From a virus (Duplodnaviria; Heunggongvirae; Uroviricota; Caudoviricetes), in IMG/VR virus record IMGVR_UViG_3300048577_000420, positions 22,579 to 86,578 of that record: DNA of 64,000 nucleotides; one strand, given 5' to 3'. This document shows, piece by piece, positions 54,675-62,341 of this stretch. Every line of letters begins with the position of its first letter. Position 1 is the stretch's first letter. Made by a program: the position numbers and the translations under genes. The notes beneath the pieces were generated by a model, which did not search any database, had not been told where the DNA came from, and saw nothing but the letters and a program-made list of their open reading frames with translations.

Positions 54675-55049
54675 GTGGCCCGTCGTCTGACCTGGACGCC
54701 CAAGCCTGCGAGCACTTCGAGCGCCAGGAAGGCGAAGGTCGAGCTGACGGGCAGGCACCGGCACGGGTGTACGACCTGCAGCGCCACCTACGAGGACGCC
54801 TGCGACGACCCCTGGGCGAACGGCCGCTGCACCCCTCATCGCCACCCTGAGCGGCTCGCCCCGATCTGGGAGCAGAACCTGCGCCCGCAGGAATGCTGCG
54901 CCGCCTCCATCGAGGCCACGCCCGCCGACATCGCGACCTACCGACTCGGCGGCGACGCGCCCTGGTGGATCTGCCCGACCTGCAAGAGACCCCACATCTT
55001 CAAGCCGCGCCCGACCGGGCCCGGCGAGACCCGAGAGGAGAGCACGTGA
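54675..55049 (+). CDS. Cys-rich putative zinc-binding protein
   Basis: GTG with GGGGGAGG RBS. GC3 about 88%. Contains HGCTTCS and CPTCKRPH. Confidence 0.5.
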   Translation: MARRLTWTPKPASTSSARKAKVELTGRHRHGCTTCSATYEDACDDPWANGRCTPHRHPERLAPIWEQNLRPQECCAASIEATPADIATYRLGGDAPWWICPTCKRPHIFKPRPTGPGETREEST

Positions 55050-55459
55050 CCACCACCCCTGCTGACGACGAGGTCGACTTCGACCCCGACGCCAAGCCCG
55101 ACGACTTCGACACCGCGATGGGCCAGGCGCTCGCCGAGGCGGCCGGCAGCGCGCCGCGGCACAACGTCGGCGGCTCCGACGACGCCGAGCGCGAGCCCCT
55201 GATGTTCGAGGGCCGCGAGGTCAAGAAGACCGAGGTCGTCATCAAGGGCCTCACCGGCCTGTCCGAGGCGTACGAGGGCCTGAGGATCGGCATGGACGAC
55301 CGCGTGCGCCTCGTCGTCGAGACCCGGGCCACGAAGGTCAACCACTACGTCGACAAGGACGGCGAGCTCGTGCGCTCGCAGGAGCTCAAGGTCCTCGTCG
55401 CGGACATCGTGCCGTGGGACCCGACGAACCCGAGCGACGACGGGATCCTCCGCGCATGA
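55046..55459 (+). CDS. Hypothetical protein
   Basis: GTGA coupling. Confidence 0.5.
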   Translation: MTTTPADDEVDFDPDAKPDDFDTAMGQALAEAAGSAPRHNVGGSDDAEREPLMFEGREVKKTEVVIKGLTGLSEAYEGLRIGMDDRVRLVVETRATKVNHYVDKDGELVRSQELKVLVADIVPWDPTNPSDDGILRA

Positions 55460-55773
55460 GCACCCACGCGGACATCCTGACCGCGCTCGCCGAGCCCCGA
55501 GCCGAGGTCATCCTCGCCGGCGACCGCGTGCGCACCCGGGACGCCTTCTACCGCGTGGCGTCCCGGGTGGACCCGGTCACGATCTCGCGTGCCGTCGGTC
55601 GCGAGCACGTCGAGCTCGGCAACGGCGCGCGCCTCCTGGTGGCTCCGGGCTGGCCGCAGATGCGCGGGATGCACCCCGACCGGATCTTCGTGCTCGGCGA
55701 GCTCAGCGACCAGTTCCGCACGGAGTGCATCGCCCTGCTCCGGCCGGGCGGCGTCCTGGTGCACGAGCCGTGA
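55456..55773 (+). CDS. Hypothetical protein
   Basis: ATGA coupling. Confidence 0.45.
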   Translation: MSTHADILTALAEPRAEVILAGDRVRTRDAFYRVASRVDPVTISRAVGREHVELGNGARLLVAPGWPQMRGMHPDRIFVLGELSDQFRTECIALLRPGGVLVHEP

Positions 55774-56291
55774 GGGCGCTCCTGGCCATCGACCCGGGCA
55801 ACACAGAGTCCGGCTGGGTCGTCATCGACCCGACGACCAGCCGTCCGCTCGCCTTCGCCAAGAGCCCGAACGCCGAGCTCCTGGAGATGCTCCGCGGCCG
55901 CTACTTCCCGGTGAGGGCGGCCCAGGCCGGCGCGAGCGAGACCGCCTTCGACGTCGACCGAGTCGTGATCGAGATGGTGGCGTCGTACGGGATGCCCGTC
56001 GGCGCGGAGGTCTTCGAGACCTGCGTGTGGATCGGGCGCTACCAGCAGGCCCTCGTCGACGAGTGGAGCCTCGACGCGGCCCTCGTCTACCGGCAGCCGG
56101 TGAAGCTCCACCACTGCCATTCCACGAAGGCGACCGACGCCAACATCCGCCAGGCGTTGGTGGACCGGTTCGCGAAGGGTCTGCCCAACTTCGGGAAGGG
56201 CACCAAGAAGGCCCCGGGCTGGTTCTTCGGATTCGGCAAGGACGTCTGGCAGGCGTACGCGCTCGCCGTCTACGCGGCGGACACGGAGTAG
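55770..56291 (+). CDS. RuvC-fold Holliday junction resolvase
   Basis: N-terminal LAIDPGNTESGWVV (RuvC/YqgF-like D-P-G motif). Confidence 0.6.
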   Translation: MRALLAIDPGNTESGWVVIDPTTSRPLAFAKSPNAELLEMLRGRYFPVRAAQAGASETAFDVDRVVIEMVASYGMPVGAEVFETCVWIGRYQQALVDEWSLDAALVYRQPVKLHHCHSTKATDANIRQALVDRFAKGLPNFGKGTKKAPGWFFGFGKDVWQAYALAVYAADTE

Positions 56292-56594
56292 GTGCACGTG
56301 ATCACGCTCGGGGTCCGAATGACGGCGCAGACGGACGGTTCGCAGGTCTGTCAGGGGGACCCCGAGCTGTTCTTCTCGGAGGTCTCGGCCGACAACGTCG
56401 CCGCAGCCAAGGCGTGCAGCCACTGCCCGTTTCAGCTGCCGTGCCGCCTCGAAGGTCTGGTCAACGACGAGGAGGGCGTGTGGGGCGGCTGGTCCTACAA
56501 CCGGCGCCGCCGGATGGGTCAAGCCGGCCGCCAGCGCGCAATCGAGGAACTGCGGTTTCTGCTAGCACAGGAAAGGACGGGATTGGCCTCTTGA
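56292..56594 (+). CDS. WhiB-like (Wbl) Fe-S transcription factor
   Basis: Four Cys spaced C-X22-C-X2-C-X5-C plus the GVWGG turn motif. The alternative ATG at 56319 gives a shorter product. Confidence 0.75.
   Translation: MHVITLGVRMTAQTDGSQVCQGDPELFFSEVSADNVAAAKACSHCPFQLPCRLEGLVNDEEGVWGGWSYNRRRRMGQAGRQRAIEELRFLLAQERTGLAS
56556..56573. promoter_or_regulatory. Degenerate IR copy TTTCTGC-TAGC-ACAGGAA inside the 3' end of the WhiB-like gene
   Basis: Read directly from the sequence. 5 of 7 arm matches. Confidence 0.35.
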
Positions 56595-56845
56595 CTGACA
56601 GCGATGTCAAGATTCTCGCGGTCCAGATCACCGACTCCGGAATGGAGTTGGTCGTCGCCGCAGAGAGCGAACGAAGGAAGGGACTGGGCGTCGCCCACAG
56701 CTACTTCGTCGATTTCGCCGGAGAGCGTTTCGGGCAGCAGGCCCGCGACATTCTCGACGAGATCGAGGACCTGGCAGAACGTGTCCACGTCGGCTGGAAG
56801 CGAGAGCCGAAGGCAGAGCCCGACAAGGAGGTGAGCGAGGAGTGA
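56591..56845 (+). CDS. Small acidic hypothetical protein. Start uncertain (TTG at 56591 or ATG at 56642)
   Basis: Open frame ending with a GTGA overlap into the next gene. Confidence 0.3.
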   Translation: MTDSDVKILAVQITDSGMELVVAAESERRKGLGVAHSYFVDFAGERFGQQARDILDEIEDLAERVHVGWKREPKAEPDKEVSEE

Positions 56846-57816
56846 AGGTCTACGTCGCGGGGCCCATGCGCAAGCGCCGGGCCTTCAACTTCCCCGCCTT
56901 CATGGAGGCCACCAGCGAGCTCCTGCAGCTCGGGCACGAGGTCTTCAACCCCGCCCAGCGGGACATCGACACCGGCTTCGACCCGCTCGGCATGACCGGG
57001 TTCGAGGACCTCAACGACGGCACGCACCGCTTCGACCTCCGCGAGGCCCTCGCGGCCGACACCGCGTGGATCGCCACCCAGGCGGAAGCGCTGTGCCTGC
57101 TGCCCGGGTGGGAGGAGTCCTCGGGCGCCCGGGCGGAGGTGGCCCTCGCCGCGGCCCTCGGGCTCCAGGCTGGCGAGCTCGCCGACTTCTACATCGGGAA
57201 CACCCTGCGGCCGGCAGCGGACTTCTACGCCGCCCGGTGGAACGCGAACCCGCCCAAGGTCGAGGGCGAACCGGTCCGCATCCACCTCACGGCCAACCGC
57301 CCGGGCACGCCCGGCGCGCCCCTGAGCGTGAACCCGGGCGCAGCGTCGCTCGGCACGCTCAGCATCGAGGACCTCGGCGGCCGCGACGGAGACGGCTCCC
57401 ACGAGGTCATTCCGCAGGGCGACGAGGTGCGCTTGACCTCCTCCACCGGTGGCCAGAAGGGCGACAAGGAGGCCCGGTTCGACCTCATCCCCGCCCGGCC
57501 GCTGTGGGAGCTCGCGACCCTCTACGGCCGCGGCGCCCAGAAGTATGCCGAGCGCAACTGGGAGAGCGGCTACGAGTTCCACCTGTCGTTCTCCGCCGCC
57601 ATGCGCCACGCCTGGTCGTGGTGGAACGGGGAGGACCGCGACCCCGAGACCGGCGTCAGCCATCTCGTCAACGCCGCCTGGCACCTCCTCAACCTCGTCC
57701 AGCTCCAGATCACCCACCCCGAGCACGACGACCGCCCCCAGCGGCGTCTCCCGCTCACCATCCCGAAGGGGGCGCTCCAGCGCCGCCCGCTCCCCACCCC
57801 GAGAGGAACCATCTGA
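56842..57816 (+). CDS. Fusion protein: N-terminal nucleoside 2-deoxyribosyltransferase-like (DUF4406/DNPH1-like) domain plus C-terminal dATP/dGTP pyrophosphohydrolase-like domain
   Basis: N-terminal MKVYVAGPM..FNPAQRD. C-terminal ARFDLIPARPLWELATLYGRGAQKYAERNWESGYEF. Confidence 0.55.
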   Translation: MKVYVAGPMRKRRAFNFPAFMEATSELLQLGHEVFNPAQRDIDTGFDPLGMTGFEDLNDGTHRFDLREALAADTAWIATQAEALCLLPGWEESSGARAEVALAAALGLQAGELADFYIGNTLRPAADFYAARWNANPPKVEGEPVRIHLTANRPGTPGAPLSVNPGAASLGTLSIEDLGGRDGDGSHEVIPQGDEVRLTSSTGGQKGDKEARFDLIPARPLWELATLYGRGAQKYAERNWESGYEFHLSFSAAMRHAWSWWNGEDRDPETGVSHLVNAAWHLLNLVQLQITHPEHDDRPQRRLPLTIPKGALQRRPLPTPRGTI

Positions 57817-58793
57817 TGTTCGTCCTGCTCCTGCTGCTCGCGGTCGCCGCGATCGGCGTGGCGATCGGCTCGTGCTTCGCGCCGAAGAAGTCGTCGTACG
57901 GCACCCCGATGCGCTCGATCCTGCGGCTCGCGGCCGGCGCCCTCGCCGTGCTCGCGGTCGTCGTCGGGCTCTTCTCGACGATCTACACCCAGCGGCCCGG
58001 CGAGGCGAAGGTCATCCTCAACTGGGGTGGCGGCGTCGCCGACGTCGACACGACGCCCGGCATCAGCTTCAAGGCGCCCTGGCAGTCGGCCAGCACGTGG
58101 GATCTGCTCTCGCAGACCGCCACGTACGCCGGCGACGACAAGGCGGTGCCCGCGTACACCGAGGGCAACATCCAGGGCAAGGAGATCACCGTCTCGCTCG
58201 CCAAGGGCGTGCAGGGCGACATCGACGCCCAGATCACCTACTCGCTGGACGCCGACAAGGCGACGCTGACGGACCTCTACAACCGGTTCCGCTCCCAGGA
58301 GTCCTTCACCCGCCAGATCATCCAGACCAACAACCTCTCCGAGATGCGCGAGGGGCCGAAGGAGATGGACGCCGTCACCTTCCGTGGTGAGGGCCGTGCG
58401 TCGGTGGAGCAGTCGGTGAAGGCCGCCCTCAACGATATCTACCGCCCGTACGGCGTGACGGTCTCGCAGGTCACCATCCAGGGCATCCGGTTCTCCGACA
58501 GCGTGGAGGCCTCGATCCAGGAGGCCGCCGCGGCCGCCCAGCGCCAGGTCACGGCCCAGGCCAACCTCGCGGCGACTCAGATCGACGCCCAGGCCCAGGT
58601 CGTCCAGGCCGAGCAGGCGGCGAAGGCGGCCGTCGCGAAGGCCCAGGGCGAGGCGGACGCGAACGCGCTGCTCGCCGCGTCGCTCACCCCCCAGGTGCTC
58701 CAGCAGCACTACATCGACGCCCTGAAGGCCGGCACGGTGTTCGTGGTGCCGGAGGGCTCGAACCCGCTCGTCCAGGTCCCCAGCGGCCACTGA
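57816..58793 (+). CDS. SPFH/band-7 (stomatin/prohibitin/HflC-like) membrane protein
   Basis: N-terminal TM helix, SPFH core, and a C-terminal Ala/Gln coiled coil. ATGA-coupled to the upstream fusion gene. Confidence 0.65.
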   Translation: MFVLLLLLAVAAIGVAIGSCFAPKKSSYGTPMRSILRLAAGALAVLAVVVGLFSTIYTQRPGEAKVILNWGGGVADVDTTPGISFKAPWQSASTWDLLSQTATYAGDDKAVPAYTEGNIQGKEITVSLAKGVQGDIDAQITYSLDADKATLTDLYNRFRSQESFTRQIIQTNNLSEMREGPKEMDAVTFRGEGRASVEQSVKAALNDIYRPYGVTVSQVTIQGIRFSDSVEASIQEAAAAAQRQVTAQANLAATQIDAQAQVVQAEQAAKAAVAKAQGEADANALLAASLTPQVLQQHYIDALKAGTVFVVPEGSNPLVQVPSGH

Positions 58794-58940
58794 GATGAGC
58801 GACCAGGAGAAGGCGGACTTCCTCCGCGAGACCGCCGAGGCTGTCATGGCCGAGAGGTGGGGCGGGCGCGTCTGGAGGCTGTGCGCCTTCGCCTGGTTGA
58901 CCGCCCGCGCTGACCGCCTCGCACCCAGGAAGGCGAAGCG

Positions 58941-59432
58941 GTGAGGCACATCGCGGGCCGGGTCCCCGTCTCCGCTCCAGAGGCTCCCCTCGGGGGGTCT
59001 CTGGAGCGGGGCGAGGTCGACTGGGACGGATCGGCGAGCTACGGGACGCCGGTCCAGCCGACGCGGCGCTACGACCGGGCCAACGTGAACACCTCGAAGA
59101 TCCGCGGCTCCAACGACATGCACTACCTGGCCGTCGACATCGACCACCCGGCTCAGCTCATCCCCAGCAGCACGCCGGGCCACTCCCACCTCTACATCGC
59201 GAAGCCGCTCACGTGGCCCGAGATGGTCGACGTGCTGGGCGCCCTCGCCCGGGTGGGGATCGTCGAGCCCGGCTACGCCGCGGCGGCCATCCGGCAGGGC
59301 CACACGACGCTCCGACTGCCCTGGGTGCGCAAGAGCCGGCGACCTCGAAGCCGGCGCCGCTACCGCGAGCCCGATCCCCCGTCCGACTTCCTGCCGCTGC
59401 TGCTGCTCACTCCGAACGGAGACCCCTTCTGA
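58941..59432 (+). CDS. Hypothetical protein
   Basis: ORF track. GTG start. Confidence 0.5.
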   Translation: MRHIAGRVPVSAPEAPLGGSLERGEVDWDGSASYGTPVQPTRRYDRANVNTSKIRGSNDMHYLAVDIDHPAQLIPSSTPGHSHLYIAKPLTWPEMVDVLGALARVGIVEPGYAAAAIRQGHTTLRLPWVRKSRRPRSRRRYREPDPPSDFLPLLLLTPNGDPF

Positions 59433-59719
59433 TGACCACCCCGGAGCCCGGCCAGGTCTGGGCGGACAACGACCCCCGTGTTGCCGGTCGGACGATCCAG
59501 ATCGCCGCCATCGAAGGCGACGTGGCCCTCTGCACCGTGCTGACCAACAGCGACGCGGACCAGCGCGACATCGACCTGCTCGGCTCTCACGGGCCTCGCG
59601 GTCGGTACGTCGCCGGCGGCTGGGTCCCGGGCGACCGCCGAGGCGCCACCACCCGAGTCCGGCTCTCGCGGCTGCGGCCGACGTCGACCGGCTTCCGACT
59701 GATCGAGGAGACACGATGA
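59432..59719 (+). CDS. Hypothetical protein
   Basis: ATGA coupling. Confidence 0.45.
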   Translation: MTTPEPGQVWADNDPRVAGRTIQIAAIEGDVALCTVLTNSDADQRDIDLLGSHGPRGRYVAGGWVPGDRRGATTRVRLSRLRPTSTGFRLIEETR

Positions 59720-60078
59720 CGTTCGCCGTCGGGGACAAGGTCCTGATCGTCTGCCACAACCGGCCGTCCCAGGCCCCGGTCGAGGCCGAGGTGCTCTCGG
59801 TCGCGCGCAAGTACCTCTTCGCGCGCCCGCTCGGCGGTGGCCCCGCCTCGGGCGCGCGCTTCGACAAGGAGACGGGTGCCGAGAAGGACGGCGGCTTCTA
59901 CCACCGCACGATCTACACCCCGGAGGCCCTCGCCGAGAAGCGCGAGCGCGACACCCTGGGGCAGCGCCTCGCGTTCGCCACGCGCCCGTCCAACTGGACG
60001 AGGCGCCTCAGCCTGGAGGAGCTCCGCGCGGTGGCGGCCATCGTCGCGCCCGTCGCCGACGAGGAGGCGAGCCGCTGA
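59716..60078 (+). CDS. Hypothetical protein
   Basis: ATGA coupling. Confidence 0.5.
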   Translation: MTFAVGDKVLIVCHNRPSQAPVEAEVLSVARKYLFARPLGGGPASGARFDKETGAEKDGGFYHRTIYTPEALAEKRERDTLGQRLAFATRPSNWTRRLSLEELRAVAAIVAPVADEEASR

Positions 60079-60356
60079 TGCCCACGCCTCCCCCGCCGCC
60101 GACGCCGGCGTTCTGCACGGTCATCGAGGCTCGCAAGCCGAAGACGAAGATGCACCGGACGCTCGGGCACGCCAAGGCCGCGTTCTGGCGCTACGACCGG
60201 ACGTGCCGCCGCGAGGTCCAGCGCTCGTGGGGCACGTCTCACGAGTACGCCCTCGCGCCCGGTCAGCTCTACCGGTGGGACTCGGACGCCAAGGACTGGG
60301 TCGTGCTCTACGACATCAAGCCCGGGACCTTCGAGGCGCCGTGGGGTGACCGATGA
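60078..60356 (+). CDS. Hypothetical protein
   Basis: ATGA coupling. Confidence 0.45.
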   Translation: MPTPPPPPTPAFCTVIEARKPKTKMHRTLGHAKAAFWRYDRTCRREVQRSWGTSHEYALAPGQLYRWDSDAKDWVVLYDIKPGTFEAPWGDR

Positions 60357-60976
60357 GCAACGAGGACCGCGTCAAGGTGCAGTTCCCCAAGGACATCGCT
60401 GAGCACGAGCTCACGGTGCTCCACAACGACGGCCTGTACCGGCACCTGCGCTTCAAGAAGCCCGGGACGTCCGTGTACTACGTCGACGTCATCACGTGGC
60501 CCGGGTGCCTCACGATCCACGGCGACATGGGCACGTACACGTTCAGCCGCATCGAGGACATGATCCGGTTCTTCGCCGGCAAGGGCTCCATCGACCTGCG
60601 CTACTGGCAGGAGAAGCTCCAGGGCCTGGGGCGCGGCGAGACGATGGTCTGGGACCCGGCGTCGTTCAAGCAGCAGGTCATGGAGGAGTACGAGCGCGAG
60701 GTCGAGGAGAACCCCGGCGCCCCGTACCTGCACGAGCTGATGGAGGAGATCCAGGAGGACGTCCTCGACGTGGCCGACGACGAGGACCTCGCGCACCGCG
60801 CCCTCCAGGACTTCCGCCACAAGGCCTCGGGCTTCGAGTTCGTGGACTCCTGGGAGTGGGAGTGCCGCGACTACGACTACCGCTTCGTCTGGATCTGCTA
60901 CGTCCTCCGGCACATCGCAGACCTGTGGCTTGCCCGCCAGGCCGCCGAGGCGCAGGCCGAGCTGGTGACCGCATGA
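60353..60976 (+). CDS. Hypothetical protein
   Basis: ORF track. Confidence 0.55.
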   Translation: MSNEDRVKVQFPKDIAEHELTVLHNDGLYRHLRFKKPGTSVYYVDVITWPGCLTIHGDMGTYTFSRIEDMIRFFAGKGSIDLRYWQEKLQGLGRGETMVWDPASFKQQVMEEYEREVEENPGAPYLHELMEEIQEDVLDVADDEDLAHRALQDFRHKASGFEFVDSWEWECRDYDYRFVWICYVLRHIADLWLARQAAEAQAELVTA

Positions 60977-61119
60977 AGCACGCCAACTGCCCGGCCTGCG
61001 GCCGGAAGGTCTCGCTGAAGAAGGACGGGGCGTTCCGCCACCACACGAACGGCCACCCCGAGTGGCCCGGCTCGCCCTGGAAGCGTGTCTGCGAGATGAG
61101 CGGGAGGACCCCGGCATGA
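60973..61119 (+). CDS. Small zinc-ribbon protein (48 aa, CPACGRK)
   Basis: ATGA coupling at both ends. Confidence 0.4.
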   Translation: MKHANCPACGRKVSLKKDGAFRHHTNGHPEWPGSPWKRVCEMSGRTPA

Positions 61120-61649
61120 CCACGTACGCCCACCACCCCAGCGCGCCCGAGTTCTCGGACACGCCGGCCTTCGCACCCGCCCCCTACAACGAGAACTACC
61201 GCACCGACGTCCTCACGGCCGTGGACTGGCTCGGCGCCCGCTTCGGCGTGGGCGAGCGCGTCATGTACTGCATCGGCGCCGGCCACGGCCAGATGATGGC
61301 CGTCGGCACCGTCGTCGCGATGCGCGCGCTGGAGGTCAACGACGACTTCGACCGCGAGACCCGCACCTGGCGCGGGAAGCGCTGGGACGTCGAGGTCCGG
61401 GTCCTCACGGAGAAGACGTCCGGTCACTGGGGCAACCGGGCGCGCTCGAAGCCGGCGTGGGTGAACCCGATGAACATCACCTCGCTCCGGGCGTTCGAGG
61501 CCGAGGGCCGGCTCGCCGAGATCGTCGACGCGGTGTCCGTGGTGGACGAGAGCACGGACGCTCGGGCCCTCGCCGCCGGGGTGCTCGCGCTCGCCAAGGG
61601 CGAGGACGCCGACGAGGCGATCGCGCAGGCATGGGAGGACCAGGCATGA
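61116..61649 (+). CDS. Hypothetical protein
   Basis: ATGA coupling. Confidence 0.5.
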   Translation: MTTYAHHPSAPEFSDTPAFAPAPYNENYRTDVLTAVDWLGARFGVGERVMYCIGAGHGQMMAVGTVVAMRALEVNDDFDRETRTWRGKRWDVEVRVLTEKTSGHWGNRARSKPAWVNPMNITSLRAFEAEGRLAEIVDAVSVVDESTDARALAAGVLALAKGEDADEAIAQAWEDQA

Positions 61650-62158
61650 AGTGCGTCCGCTGCGGCCGTGTCCGCGGGTACGGCGCCATGCGGCCCACGC
61701 GCGCGGGGCTCGCGTGCAGCGCCACGGCGAGCTGCAAGACCGCCAAGAAGCGCGCTCGGAAGAAGGCCGAGCGGCAGCAGGAGGTCGCCGAGACGTGCTG
61801 CGCCCCCTACTGGTGCCCGACGGCTGGGGAGATCGAGTGCCCGCGGCACGGCGGCTTCGACACGTGCTGCGCGGCGCCGGAGCTCCACGTCCCCGTCGCT
61901 GACCTCGTCCCCCGGCCGACTCCCCCGTCCACCGGCGAGATGCACCCGGAGTACCGGCGGGGTGCGCACGATGAGGCGCGAGCGCGCATCCAGGGGATGC
62001 GGCCCGACGCGCTCGACGTCTACGACTACGTCACCGTCTGCGCGCAGATGGGCTACCGCGGGCCCCGGATCGTCTCCGACGTCGTGTTCGTCTTCACGGC
62101 CGACTGGTCGCTCCGCGATCGCCTGGCCCTGTCGTGGCGGCTGGTGACCGGCCGATGA
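61646..62158 (+). CDS. Cys-rich hypothetical protein
   Basis: CVRCGRV, CCAPYWCP and ECPRHGGFDTCC clusters. Confidence 0.5.
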   Translation: MKCVRCGRVRGYGAMRPTRAGLACSATASCKTAKKRARKKAERQQEVAETCCAPYWCPTAGEIECPRHGGFDTCCAAPELHVPVADLVPRPTPPSTGEMHPEYRRGAHDEARARIQGMRPDALDVYDYVTVCAQMGYRGPRIVSDVVFVFTADWSLRDRLALSWRLVTGR

Positions 62159-62337
62159 GCAACGTCGCTCCCCTCCGCGAGGGGCCCGAGAACCCCCGAA
62201 AGGGTCGCTCTGACGAACGTGCTACCGCACGTTTCGTCCCACCGGCCAACTACGTGAAGTCGCCCGCGCTCGCCCGTAGCCTGCTGGACATCATCCGCGC
62301 CGTCGGCGAGCGCGAGGGCATCCTGACGAAGGGTTGA
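62155..62337 (+). CDS. Small hypothetical protein
   Basis: ATGA coupling. Confidence 0.4.
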   Translation: MSNVAPLREGPENPRKGRSDERATARFVPPANYVKSPALARSLLDIIRAVGEREGILTKG

Positions 62338-62341
62338 GAGC

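Noticed and set aside
54576-54850. Alternative-frame Cys-containing ORF (MEAVVLRFPAPRRDCTDCAFHRAGWC...) overlapping 54174-54674 and 54675-55049
   Set aside because: GC3 drops after the overlap. The 54675 GTG has a strong GGGGGAGG RBS and 88% GC3, so the downstream region is assigned to that gene. The shared 100 nt remain ambiguous.
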